DNA from: Gammaproteobacteria bacterium
GTDB taxonomy: Bacteria > Pseudomonadota > Gammaproteobacteria > Methylococcales > Methylococcaceae
DNA: 25,697 nt
NCBI GenBank assembly: GCA_009922685.1
Contig: RFVA01000033.1
Location: 1-25,697 of the forward strand
Direction of reading: 5' to 3'
In this document: one piece after another, positions 1-9,288 of the stretch
Layout: every line of letters begins with the position of its first letter
Numbering within the stretch: position 1 is the first letter of the stretch
The notes under the pieces: model-generated
What the model saw: only the letters and a program-made list of their open reading frames with translations
The model's database searches: none
Told to the model about the DNA's origin: nothing
Position numbers and translations under genes: made by a program

Positions 1-78
1 AGATAATCATAGGCATTTCAGAGCGGCACACCGATTGCTGCGGCGTCTTCTTTTGAGGTCAACACCACGGATCGCTGC

Positions 79-1671
79 ATGAAAGGTTTTAAGGCTTCCC
101 GCGTTTTGGCGTTATTGTTCGGCCTCTTTTCAGAGGTCGGGATCGCCGCTGATCACTCGCCTTCTCCCCTCCGTGACGAAGCGATCAAAAGGCCTGAAGA
201 AACGCTCAGTGAACATCTCGCCACGGCTGGAAAAGCCTTGGGCATTAGGTTCCATGTCGCACCCGCCCTCAAGGAGGATCGGGTTCAAAAAAAACAAGGT
301 GTAGCGAGCGAGGCACAACTTCAAGCCGAGCTCAAGGCTTACAACTGGCTGGGAATCAGGGATGGCCTCGGTCAATGGGTCAGCATCAGGGTCACGGGGC
401 GCCGTGGCGATGGGAAGGATCTCGCGCCATCGAAGCAACAAGAAAACACCCTCCTGACCTTTCGGTCACCGCCTGCTCAGGCCCCGCTGCGCTACAAGGA
501 CTATCCCAGAGGATCCTTCTATCCCATCACCATCAAACGATCACAGCTTGAAAACATGGCCCTGGGTGACACGGTCAAACTCAGCCTCCCAGGGGGTGAC
601 TATACGATCCGCCACGATGATCTCCAGCACCACCCAAATGGCGACACCACGTGGGTCGGTCAATTAGAGAGTGACGGCAGCCGCCTTTCAAGAGCCCTCA
701 TCACCCTGGGGGACGGGGATCAGATCGATGGGCAAATCACGACGCCCGAAGGCATTTTTCAACTAGAATCGGACGCCTCGGGTCAGTGGCTGGTCGACCT
801 GAGTGCCGCAGGCTTTCAACAGGGGCATTATGAGGCACCTGGACTTTGGCCCGCACCCCCGCCGATTGCGCCTCCCCTTTCGGCCCAAAAAGCCTCGGCA
901 CTATCCCCGTCAGCGGGGCACACGGATCCTGACTTCGCTCCTGCCCAAGATGGCGGTGCCAAAACCAGCGTGATTGATGTTCTCCTGCTCTTTTCAGACC
1001 AGTTACCCGGCGATCAGATCGAAACGCGGCTCAATAGCCTCATGGCGATAGCGAATCAAGCGCTCAAGGACAGTCGCGCGCCCATCAACCTTCATCTCGT
1101 GGGGACCCAAGAGGTCACTCAAGTGGATCAAGGCGCTAACCGGACCCGGCTTCAGGCGCTCACCCAAGGTGCAGCCCCTTTTGAAAAAATCAAACGTCAG
1201 CGAGAACATCTGGGTGCAGATCTGGTGCTTTTGATCAGGCCCTTCGATCCAACCCATCAGGATTTTTCCTGCGGTGAGGCCTGGGTCAACGGAAGCCAAG
1301 GCGTGGCCCTGTCATCAGAGCTTGCCTATGGGGTCGTCAATGATGGCCGCAACCAAGGATTTTACTGCTCTAATTACACGCTGGCCCATGAAGTGGGCCA
1401 TCTTCTAGGTGCCGCTCATGATCGCGCCCACAGCACCCTGTCGGGGCATTTTTCCTTTTCCTATGGCTACGGAATTGGGGGCGCTTTTGGCGACATCATG
1501 AGTTACTTTAGCCCGGAGACGGGCCTTTTTGGGAATCCCGATTTGACCCTGTGTCAGGGTGGGCCCTGCGGGATTGCCATCGGAAAGCCTCAGGAGGCTG
1601 ATGTAGTTGAAACGTTTCGTCGAACAGGGGGGATGGTCTCAAGTTTTCTGGATCGCCCTTCGTCACCCTGA
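79..1671 (+). CDS. secreted zinc metalloprotease, metzincin / reprolysin-like
   Basis: N-terminal signal peptide (MKGFKASRVLALLFGLFSEVGIAA). Extended zinc motif HEVGHLLGAAHD (HExxHxxGxxHD), followed by a Met-turn-like GDIMSY. Confidence 0.8.
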   Translation: MKGFKASRVLALLFGLFSEVGIAADHSPSPLRDEAIKRPEETLSEHLATAGKALGIRFHVAPALKEDRVQKKQGVASEAQLQAELKAYNWLGIRDGLGQWVSIRVTGRRGDGKDLAPSKQQENTLLTFRSPPAQAPLRYKDYPRGSFYPITIKRSQLENMALGDTVKLSLPGGDYTIRHDDLQHHPNGDTTWVGQLESDGSRLSRALITLGDGDQIDGQITTPEGIFQLESDASGQWLVDLSAAGFQQGHYEAPGLWPAPPPIAPPLSAQKASALSPSAGHTDPDFAPAQDGGAKTSVIDVLLLFSDQLPGDQIETRLNSLMAIANQALKDSRAPINLHLVGTQEVTQVDQGANRTRLQALTQGAAPFEKIKRQREHLGADLVLLIRPFDPTHQDFSCGEAWVNGSQGVALSSELAYGVVNDGRNQGFYCSNYTLAHEVGHLLGAAHDRAHSTLSGHFSFSYGYGIGGAFGDIMSYFSPETGLFGNPDLTLCQGGPCGIAIGKPQEADVVETFRRTGGMVSSFLDRPSSP

Positions 1672-1710
1672 TGACGCTTTCGATCTCTTGCCATAAACCT
1701 CAATCCCCAA

Positions 1711-1753
1711 GGGGTATGAAGGGTGACCGCTCAGCGGCAGGCCTTCATACCCC
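1711..1753. terminator. bidirectional hairpin between convergent genes
   Basis: Perfect 12-bp stem GGGGTATGAAGG (1711-1722) / CCTTCATACCCC (1742-1753). It lies between the stop at 1671 (+) and the stop at 1765 (-). There is no strong T-run. Confidence 0.55.
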
Positions 1754-1764
1754 GGGGACCGCCA

Positions 1765-2322
1765 TCAAGGCTTAATACGGGTGATCTTAGAGCCTTCAAG
1801 GTTCAGGGCACCCATCAGCCCACGCTGACTCAGAATAAAGGAATAGACATTGGCTTTGCCGGTCGTCGTGGTTAGATTATTGGCTGCACCAGCATCCAGC
1901 GCCACGATGCTAGGACCGACCCCCACCTCAAAACCATCGGCGTTATTTAGGGCATCAAGATCCTTTTGCTTCATGAAGAAAAGGACATAGTCATAGGACT
2001 GGAAGCCTGCTTGAAAACCGACAGAACCCGATACAAAGTTGTAATAGCCCTCGGTCTTCTTGCCCTTTTTCAGAACGCCTTTCCCGTAATCGGCACCACC
2101 GATGAAGCCGGCCTTCACGATGTTAGAGAACACCAAAATGCCAGCCGCTTTTTTGCCGAGATCACGGGCAGCCGGTGATTCGGCATACAGTGTCTTCAGG
2201 GTTTCGCTTGAATCACGCTCCAATTTTCCTTGGGCGGCAACATCAACCTTGTCAGGGGTTGAAGAACAGCCAAGGCTGACGGCAAAAACCAGGGCAAGAG
2301 TGAAAATCAAAGATAGACGCAT
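1765..2322 (-). CDS. lipoprotein with SYLF (Ysc84/DUF500-like) lipid-binding domain
   Basis: Lipobox LGC in MRLSLIFTLALVFAVSLGCSS. Gly-rich beta pattern KAGFIGGADYGKGVL...GSVGFQAGFQSYDYVLFF...GALNLEGSKI is typical of SYLF-domain proteins as I remember them. Confidence 0.65.
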   Translation of the reverse strand: MRLSLIFTLALVFAVSLGCSSTPDKVDVAAQGKLERDSSETLKTLYAESPAARDLGKKAAGILVFSNIVKAGFIGGADYGKGVLKKGKKTEGYYNFVSGSVGFQAGFQSYDYVLFFMKQKDLDALNNADGFEVGVGPSIVALDAGAANNLTTTTGKANVYSFILSQRGLMGALNLEGSKITRIKP

Positions 2323-2470
2323 GACGGTGTCCTCGGTAAAAAAGTGATCAATCAGGTCGGGGGGGTATCTCGGAGCCCCATGATAAAGGCCTACCCGACA
2401 TCATCAAAAAACAACACGGTAAGAAATCAGGATGGATTCCTTGCCGCATTGTAGCGGATAGCAAACCCGA

Positions 2471-2968
2471 TCAAACGCGGTTTTGACCCGCATCTAAGGC
2501 GGCCTGAAGCTTCTCTTCATCTTGATGAGAGAGTGAGGTTTGGAGGATCTTGCCGCCTAGTCCCTTCAGCGCCTCAAGGACCTTATCAGGCGTTGCCTTT
2601 CGGACCAGGACGAAGAGCGCTGAGGATTCTGGCTTGAAATGCGCCGCGAGATCCTTCATGAAGTCATCGTTGACGCCCACATCCGTCAGTGCGCCAGACA
2701 TCGCACCGGCTCCGGCGCCAACGGCAGCGCCAAGCAGTGGATTCAGAAAGATCATGCCAATCAGGGCACCCCAGAATCCGCCACCAACGGCACCCATCTG
2801 CGTCAAGGGAATCGCCTGATTCAGCTTCACCTTGCCATCTGCCCCCTTGACCGCCACGACCGCGTCTTCAAGATCAATCAAGTAATCGTGCTGCAGCTTG
2901 AGAAGGGCCATACGGGTGGCTTCAGCCTGGGATTCGTTGTCATAACCAATGACGATCAGTTCACTCAT
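2471..2968 (-). CDS. DUF1269-like membrane protein
   Basis: MSELIVIGYDNESQAEATRMALLKLQ..., a glycine-zipper TM segment GAVGGGFWGALIGMIFLNPLLGAAVGAGAGAMSGAL, and a C-terminal repeat of the N-terminal domain. I prefer the ATG at 2968, which has GAGG 8 nt upstream, over the ORF-track start at 2986. Confidence 0.7.
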   Translation of the reverse strand: MSELIVIGYDNESQAEATRMALLKLQHDYLIDLEDAVVAVKGADGKVKLNQAIPLTQMGAVGGGFWGALIGMIFLNPLLGAAVGAGAGAMSGALTDVGVNDDFMKDLAAHFKPESSALFVLVRKATPDKVLEALKGLGGKILQTSLSHQDEEKLQAALDAGQNRV

Positions 2969-3205
2969 CAGGAATACCTCATTCATGCAAAATTGTTTTT
3001 TACTTCATCCATCTTTTCTTCATCGCAGTCTTCGATCCACGACCTCAGGGAAGATCCATCGACACTGCGTATTCAGAACTCTCCTTATACTCTTTATCGA
3101 CTAAGGTTGTACCTTGATCTGGAAGGTCATGGCCGACAACCTCTCTGATATCGGGGCATCATCCAAACGCCCCGTCCGCATCGAGACCCAAGACTGACTA
3201 GCTTA

Positions 3206-5605
3206 TTACTGAAAATTCGCATTAACATAAGAAGGGCCATTAAACACGAAAGTACAGGGTCCTGACCCCGAACAAGCCCCGCTCCAACCCACAAACTGTC
3301 GACCAACCAAGGGTAAGGCCGTCAAGGTCACCGACGTCCCCACATTGAACCTCGCACGACAGGAATATGTTTGCGGGGAACAATTGAGGCCCGGAGGGTT
3401 ACTCAAGACCGAGCCGAATTTATTTTTACTCAGGAAGAGTGAATATTTGGGAAGAGCAACGAAGGTCGCCCGAAGGCTCAAAGGTCGCACCAAACTGAGT
3501 TGGCAGGTATTTCCAACAGGTTTTGGGCATCCTGACCATGCCTTAAATGCATAACCTCCTTGAGGCGTTGCCGTAAGTAACGTTTGGGCGACCAAAGCCT
3601 CACAAGCACGATTGCCCCCGCCACACTTGATCTCCGTCGAAGAGCTGGTGATACTCCCATTAGAAGGATAGGCAACCCTTAAAAGATATCGAGGCAACAG
3701 TGCAAATTGTCCGGTCACTGTTTTATCCTGATCAAGAACCACTGAACAGCCCCCAGCACCCGAACAAGCTCCACTCCAACCCAGAAAGCTCCATCCGGCA
3801 TCAGGGGCAGCAGTGAGATTGACCGTAGTACCTAAAGTGAATGCACTTTGGCAGGCCGTGCCGCAGAGAATGCCTGAAGGGGTGCTGGACAGGGTCCCGT
3901 TGCCTATCTTGTTGGCCGTCAGAATCTTATTAGCTACAAAGACTGCCCCAATCGTCTTCTGACTATCCAACGTTAAAGAGCAAGAACCGCCCCCAGAGCA
4001 ATCCCCTGACCAACCCGAAAAGCTATATCCTTCTTTAGGTAACGAGGTCAAGACAACCTGAGTGCCCGCAATAAACTGCGCTGAACAGGACGATGGGCAA
4101 TCAATGCCCTGAGGCTGGCTTGTTACTCTGCCCCCACCCGTGACTGTGACCGTCATCATTTGTGGCTTGGTAGACTTCATCAGCCACTGACCTAAGTTGC
4201 CTTGATTGAATGCGAGATCAAAACGCCCATAGCTTGTGGTCCCACTTGGGTTACTACAGGAAATCGTCCCGCCATAAAGTTGGCCATAGACCTGCCCATC
4301 CTTGTTAAAAACTGCAGATCCGCTACTCCCGCCCTCCGTCATCCCTTGGGTGTAGTCAATCTCCAGAAAGGTCCCCGTGGAGGCATCAGCAACCGAACAG
4401 GTAAAGTTTGAAACTCCAGCCGCCACGCAGATCTGGAATTTGTTGAAGGATCCGAAACTTATTTTTTGAAGGTCGCCTTGAGGGTTGTGTAGCCCGGTTG
4501 CAGCCTGCCCAAAGAGGGGCGTCGAGGCAGTCCAACCGGCATAGTAAACGCCACCGGGTGGTGGGTAATTCAATCGTAGGAAGGAGGTATCTGTGGTCGC
4601 CGAATTATAAAGAAGGGTTGCACCCGGATAGATGGTTTGCCGGCCGTAATATGGAACCCCACTATTACAGGACGAGGCATGGTAGAACCACCAGGTCTGA
4701 AGCGATGAAGCAGTGCTCTGATTGGAGATACAGTGATTGGCAGTCAAAAAGTAAGGGGTAAAGGTTACGTCAATATCGTTTAGAAGGGTCCCCGTGCACA
4801 CGAAGGTCCCCTCCGGTTTGGTGTAAACCATCTGACCTACCGCATTGCTGGTTGTCGTCGACCAGTTCGGATAGCACATCACATCGAGATTACAGGCCGC
4901 CGCTGCCCGAGGAAGCGACGCCGCAAGATCACTAGAGGGCTCAACAAAAAGGTGCGAAATGATGGGGGTGCTGATAACGACCGAATCAAGGGGAGTTCCA
5001 TTGGGTAGAACAATTTCAATGCCGATGGTTTCCCCCAGAATCACCGGAGACCAATAAATACCGGCCACCTCCTCGGCATCACCAGCCTCAAGATTGACTG
5101 CAATGGTCTCGGAGATGGCCTTTCCTGATACTTCCTGAATCTCAGACGCATCATATCCAAAGAAACGGACGTCCGCCCCGGCTGGAATTAAGGAGGCCTT
5201 GATACCCATTCGAAGAGCTCGCGCGCCCGGCGATCGAATCGCTAACTGACCCACCCATTCCCCGCTGGGCAATGCCATCCAGTAAAGGCGCCTCTGGGTT
5301 TCGATGGGATCATCAACAACAGGAACATCCCGCATAAAGCCGATTTTTATGGGCCCGCCAGGATCACCGACCGATTGCGCCCGAGCTGCGGTGGCACTCA
5401 AAGGCTCTAGATCAATGCGCCGAGAACCTAAAGCAGCGCCTGGATCTCCTAAGAGCTTTACCGGCTCGGTATGTGCCTTCAGGGAGGGCCCTTTATAGGG
5501 CGCGCCATGGATGGCTAGTGGAAAACCCTCGGTTGGGAGAATGAAGGAGAAGGACATCAGGATCAGCACCGCCTGAAGGTGCTTCAAAATCGCACGAATG
5601 TTCAT
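3206..5605 (-). CDS. secreted trypsin-like (S1) serine protease with C-terminal repeat domains
   Basis: Signal peptide present. Catalytic His context LTANHC and catalytic Ser context TEGGSSGSAVF. The 799-aa protein has a repeat-rich C-terminus. Confidence 0.8.
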   Translation of the reverse strand: MNIRAILKHLQAVLILMSFSFILPTEGFPLAIHGAPYKGPSLKAHTEPVKLLGDPGAALGSRRIDLEPLSATAARAQSVGDPGGPIKIGFMRDVPVVDDPIETQRRLYWMALPSGEWVGQLAIRSPGARALRMGIKASLIPAGADVRFFGYDASEIQEVSGKAISETIAVNLEAGDAEEVAGIYWSPVILGETIGIEIVLPNGTPLDSVVISTPIISHLFVEPSSDLAASLPRAAAACNLDVMCYPNWSTTTSNAVGQMVYTKPEGTFVCTGTLLNDIDVTFTPYFLTANHCISNQSTASSLQTWWFYHASSCNSGVPYYGRQTIYPGATLLYNSATTDTSFLRLNYPPPGGVYYAGWTASTPLFGQAATGLHNPQGDLQKISFGSFNKFQICVAAGVSNFTCSVADASTGTFLEIDYTQGMTEGGSSGSAVFNKDGQVYGQLYGGTISCSNPSGTTSYGRFDLAFNQGNLGQWLMKSTKPQMMTVTVTGGGRVTSQPQGIDCPSSCSAQFIAGTQVVLTSLPKEGYSFSGWSGDCSGGGSCSLTLDSQKTIGAVFVANKILTANKIGNGTLSSTPSGILCGTACQSAFTLGTTVNLTAAPDAGWSFLGWSGACSGAGGCSVVLDQDKTVTGQFALLPRYLLRVAYPSNGSITSSSTEIKCGGGNRACEALVAQTLLTATPQGGYAFKAWSGCPKPVGNTCQLSLVRPLSLRATFVALPKYSLFLSKNKFGSVLSNPPGLNCSPQTYSCRARFNVGTSVTLTALPLVGRQFVGWSGACSGSGPCTFVFNGPSYVNANFQ
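3209..4159 (-). repeat. four tandem ~75-80 aa intragenic repeats (divergent InlB B-repeat type)
   Basis: Four units each end in a G(W/Y)xFxGWSGxCSGxGxCxxxL...F pattern: GYSFSGWSGDCSGGGSCSLTL, GWSFLGWSGACSGAGGCSVVL, GYAFKAWSGCPKPVGNTCQLSL and RQFVGWSGACSGSGPCTFVF. Confidence 0.65.
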
Positions 5606-5739
5606 AAGACAGACCTCTCGTCTGAAATTGCCACGATGACTCGAACTTCGAACCTTTATTAAAACAAAAAAACGCTCGCTTCATCTATCGCATCAACACC
5701 AATAATGAGACCCCTTCAAAGCAGCCTTAGCGACCACAT

Positions 5740-6813
5740 TCAAGCCAAAAGACTCACCGCCTTGATCTGAGCAAAAACATGCATACCGGGCGAAAGCTTC
5801 AGTTTCCCTAGAGAATAACGCGTGATTCTTGCCTTCAAACTAGTCTCCCCTATCGCCAAATGAACCATGACCTGATGGGGATCTTGGGTCGTGGTCACAT
5901 CAGTGATCAGGACATCGATAATATTAAGAATGCTGGTCTCACTCGCTCTATTGAGCGTGAGACTGATATCGTTTGGTGAGACATTCAAACGGACCGGCGT
6001 CCCCACCGGCCGATCAATCAGGGGCGTTTTAATGCCCCCCCCTTGAAAGGACAGATCGGTCAGGCCACTCAAGCGATCGTGACCGGCGATGACGGAAAAT
6101 AAGACCCCTCCCCATTCCCCTAAAGGATCGAAGGAGTGAGTCAGATCTGAAAGCACCGAGGCGATGGGCCCCTCCCTGGTGACTTGGCCCTGATCCATCT
6201 GAACCAGATGATCACCCAGCCGAGTCAGCTCTTCCAGTGCATGGGTCACATATAGGATGGGGATATTCAATTCGAGACGGAGCCTTTCAAGATAAGGCAA
6301 GATCTCGCCCTTCATCGGAAGATCGAGGGCCGCCAGAGGCTCATCCAAAAGGAGGATTTGAGGGCTCGTCAACAAGGCTCTTGCCAGCGCAATCCGCTGC
6401 TGCTCTCCACCCGATAGATGGCGGGGGTCTCGCTTGAGGAGGTGGCCGATTCCGAGAAGTTCAATCGCCTGATCCATTGTAATCCAGCGGGCTTCAGGGG
6501 AGACACGATGAAGCCCAAAGACCAGATTTTTCTCAACGGTCAAATGGGGAAAAAGGGCCGCATCCTGAAAAACGTAGCCAATAGGTCGACGATGACAAGG
6601 GAGATAAACCCCCCGATCATCATCCTGCCACACCTGATCCCCAACGACTAAAGAGCCTAAAGCTTCAGGCTCAAGCCCCGCCATACACCTTAGAAAAGTG
6701 GTTTTTCCAGAACCTGAGGCGCCAAAAATGATCGTCACACCCCGTGATGGGATGGTGACATCGAGCGCCAGCCGGAAATCACCCAAGGTTCGGTCAAAGC
6801 GTGCCTTGATCAT
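5740..6813 (-). CDS. modC: molybdate ABC transporter ATP-binding protein
   Basis: Walker A GASGSGKTT, ABC signature LSGGEQQRIALARAL, Walker B LLLDEP, and a C-terminal TOBE/Mop-like domain. The likely start is MIKARF at 6813, 14 nt after the modB stop. The ORF-track N-terminal extension looks spurious. Confidence 0.85.
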   Translation of the reverse strand: MIKARFDRTLGDFRLALDVTIPSRGVTIIFGASGSGKTTFLRCMAGLEPEALGSLVVGDQVWQDDDRGVYLPCHRRPIGYVFQDAALFPHLTVEKNLVFGLHRVSPEARWITMDQAIELLGIGHLLKRDPRHLSGGEQQRIALARALLTSPQILLLDEPLAALDLPMKGEILPYLERLRLELNIPILYVTHALEELTRLGDHLVQMDQGQVTREGPIASVLSDLTHSFDPLGEWGGVLFSVIAGHDRLSGLTDLSFQGGGIKTPLIDRPVGTPVRLNVSPNDISLTLNRASETSILNIIDVLITDVTTTQDPHQVMVHLAIGETSLKARITRYSLGKLKLSPGMHVFAQIKAVSLLA

Positions 6814-6826
6814 CTGAATGGATAGC

Positions 6827-7519
6827 TCATGAGCGACGCAAAAGACCGCCCCGACCCACGCCAAAACCATACAAAAGCAGCAGCATGAAAAAGGCAAATG
6901 CCACCATCATCCCCGCCAGGGTATGGGCCTTGGGATAATCAAACGCCTCGACATAATCATAGATCTCAATCGAGACCAAACGGGTTTCTCCAGGAATGTT
7001 GCCCCCGACCATCAGAACAACGCCAAACTCCCCGATGGTGTGGGCAAAACCGGTGACCGCTGCGGTCAGGAATCCCCGCTTCGATAAAGGCAGGACGATC
7101 CTCCCAAAGGTGGCCCATGGTCCGGCCCTGAGACTTTGGGCGGCTTCCAACAGGCGAGGTTCAATACCGGCAAATGCATTTTGCAGAGGCTGAACGACAA
7201 AGGGGAGAGAATAGAGCATCGACGTCACCACCAGCCCAGAAAAAGTAAAGGGCAGACCTTGAAGTCCCAAGGCCTTGGTCAGGGCACCAATAGGCCCCGA
7301 AGGACCCATCGCCAGGAGCATGTAAAAACCGAGAACGGTCGGCGGCAAAAAGAGCGGAAGGACCACAAAGGCCTCGACCATGCCTTTCAGTGGCGATCTT
7401 GTTCTGACTAACCACCACGCCAAAGGGGTCCCAAGAAGAATTAAAAGGCCGGTGACGGTCGCAGACAACCTCAGGCTTAGGAAGATGGAGTCGATGGCTT
7501 CGGCATCAAGGGGGAGCAT
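6827..7519 (-). CDS. modB: molybdate ABC transporter permease
   Basis: 230-aa polytopic protein. It is colinear with E. coli ModB as I recall it (LPLxLPPxVxG, EAAxxLGAxxWxxFxxIxLP, GEFG...NIPGETR). Confidence 0.85.
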   Translation of the reverse strand: MLPLDAEAIDSIFLSLRLSATVTGLLILLGTPLAWWLVRTRSPLKGMVEAFVVLPLFLPPTVLGFYMLLAMGPSGPIGALTKALGLQGLPFTFSGLVVTSMLYSLPFVVQPLQNAFAGIEPRLLEAAQSLRAGPWATFGRIVLPLSKRGFLTAAVTGFAHTIGEFGVVLMVGGNIPGETRLVSIEIYDYVEAFDYPKAHTLAGMMVAFAFFMLLLLYGFGVGRGGLLRRS

Positions 7520-8129
7520 GAGGTTTAGGGATCTGCCAGGGGGTTCTCTTCAGAAAATCAAGATCGATAATCACCAAGGCGATGATCCAGATCAGGGCAT
7601 CATAGGCATCAAACCATGCACCTTGATGAGCCCAGACCAGACTCAATCCGATAAGCGATAATAATACCCCTGCGCCCATCAGTTTGAACGCCAAGGGAAA
7701 TCGACTGACTAATCGCGGAAGCCGGCTCTCACATTCAAGAAGAACAATGGCGATCAACCAAAGGACTGAATTCATCACATCAAGCCAAGCACTCTCCCGA
7801 ATAAATCCCGCATAAGCTGTGGTGATCAATAGGATCGCCAGAAAGCGAAACGCTCGGTTTAAAGGGACCAAACGGACAGAGATCGGCTGATGGAGGTATC
7901 TTGCCTCAAGCTCAAAGGAAAAAAGCAGCCCGAGCCATGCGATCGAATCGAGCCCATCGTAAACCCGACCGGTGGTCACATAATAGGCCGAATTGAGAAG
8001 GAGAAGCCCTAGGATCATGAACTTTATCAAAACGCATCCTGCTCCCGAGCAGCCTCTTGACTGGCCCTCCAAAAAGGGGGAACCCCAACCATCCATGTTG
8101 TGCGTTTCGATTTCACCATTTTGAGGCAT
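7506..8129 (-). CDS. hypothetical polytopic membrane protein (start uncertain; ATG at 8018 is also possible)
   Basis: Four or five hydrophobic helices. Its 3' end overlaps the modB start by 14 nt. No recognisable motif, and no convincing SD at any candidate start. Confidence 0.45.
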   Translation of the reverse strand: MPQNGEIETHNMDGWGSPFLEGQSRGCSGAGCVLIKFMILGLLLLNSAYYVTTGRVYDGLDSIAWLGLLFSFELEARYLHQPISVRLVPLNRAFRFLAILLITTAYAGFIRESAWLDVMNSVLWLIAIVLLECESRLPRLVSRFPLAFKLMGAGVLLSLIGLSLVWAHQGAWFDAYDALIWIIALVIIDLDFLKRTPWQIPKPHAPP

Positions 8130-8231
8130 TAAGTCGGATAATGAGGGGCAATTGTAGCCGTCTCAAGGATTTAAAAACATGGTCGGAGCGACCCCGCATC
8201 CTTCTTTGAGACCCCCAACCAGAGATTTTTT

Positions 8232-9278
8232 ATGCTCAAGATCAAGGCGTATGCCGCACAGAACGCAACATCCCCCCTAGCGCCTTTCCCCATCGTCCGT
8301 CGCCCGCCGGGTCCTAAGGATGTTGAAATCGACATTCATTACTGCGGCGTCTGCCACACCGACATCCATCAGGCTCGCAATGAATGGCATGGCACCACAT
8401 ACCCCTGCGTCCCAGGCCACGAAATCGTCGGTGTCGTGACCTCGGTAGGATCGTCAGTTCGTGGTTTCAAGGTGGGAGACAAAGCGGCCGTTGGCTGCAT
8501 GGTCGGCGCTTGTGGTCATTGCGGGAGCTGCAAGGACGGTGAAGAGCAGTTTTGTGAACAGGGGCCCACCTGGACTTACAACAGCGAAGACAAGATGAAC
8601 GGTGGAACCACCTTCGGCGGTTATTCAGAGCGGATCGTGGTGGATGAGGCCTTTGTTCTAAACCTCCCAGAAACCCTCGATCCTGCAGCCTCTGCCCCTC
8701 TCCTTTGCGCCGGAATCACCACCTACTCACCGCTCCGTTACTGGAACGTCAGATCTGGGCAAACGGTCGGTATCGTCGGACTTGGTGGCTTAGGCCATAT
8801 GGCCATCAAGTTTGCTGCCGCCTTCGGTGCTGATGTGGTCCTGTTCACCACATCCCCTAAAAAAGCCGACGACGCGATCCGTCTTGGCGCCAAGGAGGTG
8901 GTGCTCTCGACCGACGAAAAAGCAATGAGCCAGCATCTCAACCGCTTTGATTTCATTCTAGATACCGTCTCCGCAGCGCATGACCTTAATCCTTATCTCA
9001 ACCTTTTGAAAAGGAATGGCACCATGACACTGGTCGGTGTCCCGCCGGAGCCTTTCTCCATCGCGGCGCCACACCTCATCTTTGGCCGCCATCAACTTGC
9101 AGGATCATTGATCGGCGGTATCAAGGAGACCCAAGAGATGTTGAACTTTTGCGCCGATCACAACATCACCAGCGACATTGAACTGATTTCGATCGCGGAT
9201 ATCAATGAGGCTTATGAACGCATGTTAAGGAGTGATGTGAAGTATCGATTTGTAATCGATTTGGCCACGCTGACCTGA
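8232..9278 (+). CDS. NAD(P)-dependent zinc alcohol dehydrogenase (YahK / cinnamyl-ADH-like)
   Basis: GVCHTDIH...GHEIVG catalytic zinc motif, structural zinc CGHCGSCKDGEEQFC, and Rossmann motif GIVGLGGLGH. Confidence 0.9.
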   Translation: MLKIKAYAAQNATSPLAPFPIVRRPPGPKDVEIDIHYCGVCHTDIHQARNEWHGTTYPCVPGHEIVGVVTSVGSSVRGFKVGDKAAVGCMVGACGHCGSCKDGEEQFCEQGPTWTYNSEDKMNGGTTFGGYSERIVVDEAFVLNLPETLDPAASAPLLCAGITTYSPLRYWNVRSGQTVGIVGLGGLGHMAIKFAAAFGADVVLFTTSPKKADDAIRLGAKEVVLSTDEKAMSQHLNRFDFILDTVSAAHDLNPYLNLLKRNGTMTLVGVPPEPFSIAAPHLIFGRHQLAGSLIGGIKETQEMLNFCADHNITSDIELISIADINEAYERMLRSDVKYRFVIDLATLT

Positions 9279-9288
9279 TCACCGATCC

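Noticed and set aside
8019-8231. A molybdenum-cofactor riboswitch upstream of the mod genes.
   Set aside because: I could not find the conserved Moco-motif elements I remember (GCCUCC..., ...GGAAAGG), and the available non-coding space is too short.
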